A DNA stretch of 64,000 nt. It comes from Octopus vulgaris. Taxonomy: Eukaryota. The stretch is taken from positions 21,762,001 to 21,826,000 of the forward strand of contig OX597831.1 in NCBI GenBank assembly GCA_951406725.2. Reading direction: 5' to 3'. The notes below the pieces were generated by a model. That model was not told where the DNA came from and ran no database searches. It was given only the letters and a program-made list of their open reading frames with translations. This document shows, in pieces, positions 57,232 to 64,000 of this stretch. Positions within the stretch are counted from its first letter, which is position 1. The number at the start of each line of letters is the position of its first letter. A program made the translations under genes and the position numbers.

Positions 57232-58314
57232 ACTATCTACCTACCTATCTACCTACCTACCTACCCACCTACCTACCTACCTACCTACCTACCTACCTAC
57301 CTACCTACCTACCTACCTACCTATCTATCTATCTCTATCTCTCTATCTCTCTATCTATCTATCTATCTAACTGACTAACTAACTCTGTCTATCTATGTAT
57401 TTATCTACCTGTCTATCTAACTGTCTATATTTTATCTATCTGTCTGTCTGTCTATTTATCTATCTATCTAACTCTTTGTATATCTATCTATTTATCTATC
57501 AGTCTATCTAACTCCTTTTCTATCTATCTCTCCCTGTGTATCTATCTATCTGACTGTCTGTCTCTCTCTGTCTATCTATGTGTCTATGTGTCTATCTGTC
57601 TGTGACTCGCTCGATCTATGCGTGTACTTGTGTGTGTGTGTGTTTAAGAATATATTTATAATATTAGTATCATGTAAGTATGCATGCATATAAGTATGTA
57701 TGTGTGTGTGATTTTCTATAGATACGCATTCAAATATTTACAAATACTTACACACTTGAATCACGTATACACACATGTATGTAACTTAGGTATATGTTTG
57801 CCAGTGTGATTAAACAATCACTTGTTACAGTCATCCAGTTGCAATGAAGTACACGGAACTGACTTATACGAGATCGTGTTAAGTCCTGTCACCAAACATA
57901 TCGCAGTTTACATTAAAATATAGATCGTACATAAATTTCCATTACAATATGAAAAATTCTTAAAACAAAGGGAAAAAAATTAGGATAACTCAACAGGTGG
58001 AGTGCAACCAATAGAATCTACGTAGAAGTGTTGTGAGGATTCTAATAAAGCTTTATTTCTTTGCCTATATTTTTAGGTAAACTCTGCTGAGCTATCCTTG
58101 CTTTTTTCCTTCGCTGAATTTTTGAAATTGCAAATATAGTTTACGGGAAATTGTATTTGTAAATATCTTCAATGAATTCATTTAAGCTTTTCGTAATAGT
58201 TAACAGCATCCTTTTTGTGAGTTAATCTAAGCATTCAGTGCATGAAAACAGCCTAACACAGGATAGATACAAGCCCTACTGATAATTATTTTACTGCTCA
58301 CGAAGTTATGGATA

Positions 58315-59399
58315 CGAGGTGGGTGCTGAAATGTTCGTGGCTTAGGATAAAAGTTGGCGAGCTGGCAGAAACGTTTGCACGCCGGGCGAAATGCTTAACG
58401 GTATTTCGTCTGTCGTTACGTTGTGAGTTCAAATTCCGCCGAGGTCAACTTTGCCTTTCATCCTTTCGGGGTCGATAAATTAAGTACCAGTTACGCTCTG
58501 GGGTCGATATAATCGACTTAATACCTATGTCTGTCCTTGTTTGTCCCCTCTATGTTTAGCCCCTTGTGGGTAATAAAGAAATAGGTATTTCGTCTGGAGA
58601 GGAGACAAACAATGACAGTCAGACGGATTAAGTGGATTATATCGATCCCCAGTGCGTAACTGGTACTTATTTAATCGACCCCGAAAGGATGAAAGGCAAA
58701 GTCGACCTCGGCGGAATTCGGCGGAATTCGAACTGCCGTTCTCAGTTCGAATTCCGCCGAGGTCGATAAATTAAGTACCAGTTACGCACTGGGGTCGATG
58801 TAATCGACTTAATACCTATTTCTGTCCTTGTTTGTCCCCTCTGTGTTTAGCCCCTTGTGGGTAATAAAGAAATAGGAAATAGGTATTTCGTCTGCCATTA
58901 CGTTCTGAGTTCAAATTCCACCAAGGTCGACTTTGCCTTTCATTCTTTCGGGGTCGATTAAATAAGTACCAGTTACGCACTGGGGTCGATATAATCCACT
59001 TAATCCGTCTGTCTGTCCTTGTTTGTCTCCTCTGTGTTTAGCCCCTAGTGGGTAGTAAAGAAATAGGTATTTCGTCTGCCGTTACGTTCTGAGTTCAAAT
59101 TCCGCCGAGGTCGACTTTGCCTTCCATCCTTTCGGGGTCGAGTAAATAAGTACCAGTTACGCACTGGGGTCGATGTAATCGACTTAATCTCTTTCTCTGT
59201 CCTTGTTTGCACCCTCTATGTTTAGCCCCTTGTGGGCAATTAATAAACAAGGGTAAAAGAAAATACAGGAGGATCGGTTAATTATGATTTTATTCAACAT
59301 GTTGCCCTCTCAAATTCACACACTTATTGCAACGGTCATACAGTAACTCGAAGCCCTGTAAAAGAACTCGAAAGGTTGGGTCGTTTCAGCACCCCCTCG
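58315..59399. mobile_element. Mariner-type MITE (TA TSD) interrupted by a SINE-B multimer
   Basis: TIRs TA|CGAGGTGGGTGCTGAAA (58313) and TTTCAGCACCCCCTCG|TA (ends 59401). About 190 bp remains once the SINE block is removed. Confidence 0.75.
58354..59249 (+). mobile_element. SINE-B multimer: full copy, inverted partial copy and headless 184-bp tandem units
   Basis: Units start at 58400, 58584, 58882 and 59066, with an inverted segment at about 58596-58735. Confidence 0.9.
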
Positions 59400-59690
59400 T
59401 ATACGGACAAGACTTTCATATCTTTCCATTCAATGAAATGTTAGCTGAAATATATCGGAATATCCTGAGTGGTATATAATAACATAGAAATGAAAATAAA
59501 AATGCTGTCAGTAAACAAAGGCATGGTTGCGTGGTTAAGATACTTGATTTGCCACGAAGTGGTATCGGGTTCAATCTCACTGCGCAGCACTTAGGGCGTG
59601 ACGCTGTTTTGAGAGTGAATATGGTAGATATAATCAAGTGTGTGTTTGTGCGTATGTCTATGTACGTATGTACTTGGGTATGTGTGTGTG

Positions 59691-59752
<62 letters not shown>

Positions 59753-59944
59753 TATATATATATATCACATATACAAATAAAATATGTGTGTAATATATGT
59801 ACGTATGTATAGATGTATATGTGTGTCTGTCTGACTGTGTCACTCAGCTTCCACTGGTTGACAGACTATTGGTTTGTTTACTTCTTTCTTATAATTCAGT
59901 ATATGTTTCTTTATATATATGTATCCTTCTCTCTATATCCTTCC

Positions 59945-60026
<82 letters not shown>

Positions 60027-60534
60027 AATAGATAAATAGATAGATAGATAGACACATGCATACAACCATCCATATTTATGTAGATATACATACTTACACA
60101 CGCACTCACACACACGCACGAACACACACACATACAGTTTAGATACAGTATATTGTACGGTTTGTAAATATATATTTTCTCTCGCATTTGTTTCAGGCAT
60201 TGGATCGTGGCCATGCTGGTACGTCATCGTATTTCACAAACACTGTAAGCACACACCGTAATATATAAATTTATTTGACATGTTGGTTATAACTTTCATT
60301 CTATATAAGGAAAACTCAAAAAGAAAACGAAAAAGCCATAGAATATACTAAATTAGTATATTCTAAAACATTAATTGGAATTTTAATTACTTGATATCTG
60401 ATATGGAAATGTAAGCATGGTAATGAAACTTAAGTATAGAAGATAAATATAACAATAAAATCAGAAACGTCTTTTAAAATAAAAATAATGGCATGACAGT
60501 ATAAGTATGTATGGTGATGTTTACATACATTACA

Positions 60535-60611
<77 letters not shown>

Positions 60612-60732
60612 GTATGTATGTATAGATGGATAAGCGTGGTGTGTGTGTATGAGTGTTTATATTTATGTATGCAGTTAATGTGTTTGTAGAATTACGTGTG
60701 GAGTGTTGATGATTGAACGTATTCATATGGTG

Positions 60733-61093
60733 CATGCGTGGCTGTGTGCTAAGAAGCTTGCTTCTAAACCGCATGGTTCCGTTTTCAGTCCCATTACGTG
60801 TCACCTTGGGAAAGCGTCTTCTACTATAGTTTCGGACCCGGTCCAAAGCATTGTGAGTGGATTTTGGTAGGCAGAAAATGAAAGACGTCCGTCGTATATA
60901 TATATATATATATATATATATCCTTGTTTCTTTCTGTGTTCCTTCTGTGGGAGAGCGTAGGCTCGAAACGTTAACGAATTTTTCACTTCCCGAGCATTAT
61001 ACTAATACATCTATTTATTGTCTACACCACCTGTCTTCGTCTATTGTTTTTGGTGAATGGTCCCTCTCTACACACACACACACACACACACTC

Positions 61094-61137
<44 letters not shown>

Positions 61138-61228
61138 ATATGTACATGTATGTATATGTATGTATGTATATGTATGTATATGTATGTATGTATATGTATG
61201 TATATATATAAATATATGTATATATATA

Positions 61229-61303
<75 letters not shown>

Positions 61304-61520
61304 TGTGTGTGTGGGTCTGTGTTTGTGTTTGTTACCCCACCACCGTTTTAAAACCGGTGCTAGTGAGTTTACGTTCCCGTGACATAGCGGTTCCGCAAAA
61401 GTGTCTGATAGTACAAGACTTTAAAACACTGGGTTCGATATATTCGACTAAAAATTCCTAAAGGTGTTGCTACAGCATGGCCTTAGTCTTATGACTGAAG
61501 CAAATAAAATATTTAAAAAA
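60733..61520 (+). mobile_element. SINE-A copy whose internal (TA)n hosts a hammerhead-type element (60921-61045)
   Basis: SINE-A head at 60733-60895 and tail at about 61315-61520. The insert contains CTGTGGGAGAGCGTAGGCTCGAAACGTT. Confidence 0.75.
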
Positions 61521-62014
61521 TATAAAAGATATACATGTATAACTGAGACATCTATACAAAAACTACATATTTATGTTTACGCATATGTATATATATATAT
61601 ATTGGTTTCAAATTTTGACCTAAGCACAGCAATTTCGGTTATCTCTTCTGGAACAGATATTGTCTCCATGCATTGTTTTCGCCGACTTCAACCATTTCAT
61701 ATACATATTTTCTACCTATCCCGAAGCAAGCGTTTTCGATGTTAACTTCCCAGAGAAGTATCATGTTACAAGGTCGGGTTTTGGTGTTAAAAACTGAGAG
61801 GTGATAATTACCAATAGGGACCATTGAGAGTCCCTAAAGATCCCTCACATTTTGAATCATTCTTATTACGCAAATGGTTGACTTGCTGCATTCCCATTCC
61901 TTACAAAACATAATCTTCCTATGCTACACTACTTGTGGTTTTCCGCCGTTAATAATTAGAGCCAGTACATCATGCTGCACAGATCAGTCGTGTCTATTTT
62001 CCAACACCTTAAGT

Positions 62015-62268
62015 CAGTGGATCTCAACTAGGGTTCATATGGCCTCTGGGAGTCTGTATAAAATGTTTTTCTCAAAATTTGTGAAAGAAATTGCTTATAT
62101 TTCCACAGTACACAAAATATTTAAACATTTTTTTAAAAAACAACTTATAGTCATATTTATTCATAAAAATACATTGTTTTTTAAACATTGAATGGCTATA
62201 AGGTCTCTCCCCTTGAGTAGAATATGATTTAAAACGGTCCATAGGCAAATAATGGTTGAGAACAACTG
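62015..62268. mobile_element. hAT-superfamily (Charlie-like) MITE, 254 bp
   Basis: TIRs CAGTGGATCTCAAC / GTTGAGAACAACTG. Perfect 8-bp TSD CCTTAAGT at 62007-62014 and 62269-62276. Confidence 0.9.
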
Positions 62269-63782
62269 CCTTAAGTGCTGGACTAAGAAGCATGTCATAG
62301 ACGGAGCTAGTCGTAAATATTATTCAGGCTACTTTCTATGACTAAATTCTTTCATCCTACCTTACTTCTAACAACAAAATCCTCCCGTTCGGTACACCAA
62401 CTCCATATTGTGTTCTTTCGCCTCTTCTTTCTTTGCCTTGTTGGTTATAATCATAACACTTCTTGGTACTGCTCACGTTACATAGGGATTCTTAATACAT
62501 TATCAATTCTAGAAATTACACATATATTATAGGGAATGCATTCAACAACTATAACAGCTGGGCACTGCATATATACTATGTAGAGTAGGTTTCATATAAT
62601 AGCACTACTGAATATTGAACATATATTTCATAAAATTCTTTGAACAAATTAACTCTGGGATGCGCTGTATGCATATTACAATAAGTTTTTTTCCCCCAGT
62701 TATTATACATTTAAGATCTGCATGCAGCTTATGTAAAGTACACTCAATATAATGGTACCACTAGGGGCTGTAAATATGTTACAAAGAATACTTTCAACAC
62801 AATAAGAAGTAAAATAAAATAGCGCCTACATCAGAGGCGGAAAGATCTGCGCCATGTTGTGTATTGAAGAGAAGCGCATTAAGGATAAGGGAACTGATAT
62901 AATTATAAAAGTTATAATGTACTTCAATGCGTTCGAATTGTGAAAGATATATTTATGCAGGTATATGTGTGAGAGGTAATGTGCATGTGTGTGTGTGGAT
63001 GTGTGCGTGTGTGTGCATGTGTGCATGTGTGTACAGGTGTATCTGTCTCTGTATAGGTATGACTTTGTGTGTTTATGTGTAGGTGTTTAACTCTGTGTGT
63101 GTATGAATGTGTGTAACTATATGTGTCTCTCTGTGTGTATGCGTGTATGTGTGTAGCAGTGAGTGACTGTCTGTGTTTCTATGTATACATGCAGGTGTAT
63201 GTGTGTAACTGTATGTGTCTGTAAGCATGTGTGCAGGTCTGTGTATCTGTGTGTGTGAGCCTGTAACTATGTGTATGTATGTAGTTGTGTCACTGTATGT
63301 CTGCATGTCTGTGTGCATTGGTGTATGTGTGTGTGTTACTGCAAATGTTTGTATGTATAAGAGTAAATACGTTTGTGACCACCTATGCATCAATGTGCTT
63401 AGAAATATCGGTATTTCCTTGATCATGGAATCGGTAATTCGATATATCTGCAAGTGATATTTCTACACAAGAGCATATATTCTTAAAGTATTCCCCCCAT
63501 ACTTTATATTACCATAATTATTGTGTTTGCTTAGTCTGCGATTGTAAGACAGGGAGCATATGGAGACAGACAATAATCCAAATATTCCTCCTCCCTGATC
63601 AATTTCCCTCTCTGATTACCTTTCTCCTCTCTCTCTCTCTCTTTAACTCTCAGTCTCTCTCCTAATCTATCTCTCATTCCTTCGATACTTATCCCCATTC
63701 CGTCTCTATCTTTCTCATTCTGTTGTTCTTTTCCTCAAACCTTCCTCCTTCGATCCCGCTTTATTTTCTTTCTCCTCCCCCC

Positions 63783-63815
<33 letters not shown>

Positions 63816-64000
63816 GCTCTCGCTTTTACTCATTGTATGACTCTTTTTATCAGTTTCGTTCTGTATGGGTTAATTCCTTACGTACTTAGTGGGAATCCAC
63901 AAGCCGTCAAAATGGTGATTGTGAAAAAACAAGAACAACAACAATAAAGGGGAAAAGGGTCAACAACAACAACAGCAATAATAATAATAATAATAATAAT

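Overview
AT-rich, microsatellite-saturated eukaryotic DNA. The SINE families and the (TA)n/(TATC)n/(TAA)n load look like a cephalopod (Octopus-type) genome; this is my recognition, not a database result. I find no host protein-coding exon, and nearly all listed ORFs are microsatellite read-throughs. The window is mostly transposon remains: three tRNA-derived SINE families, three mariner remnants plus a mariner MITE, a hAT MITE, a complete non-autonomous Helitron, and fragments of R4/Dong-, HERO- and CR1-type LINEs. It also holds an ORF1-like relic, an interstitial (TTAGGG)n tract and a 36-bp minisatellite derived from a SINE head. The most interesting signal is nine hammerhead-ribozyme-like motifs, several degenerate. 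They sit in short non-coding elements, probably Penelope-derived, that lie in or beside (TA)n tracts and are often associated with fold-back inverted repeats. They include minimal forms that could only fold as dimers, a recurrent non-canonical CUGUAGAA core, and a form with a ~90-nt stem II. All folds were assigned by eye and none has been tested.
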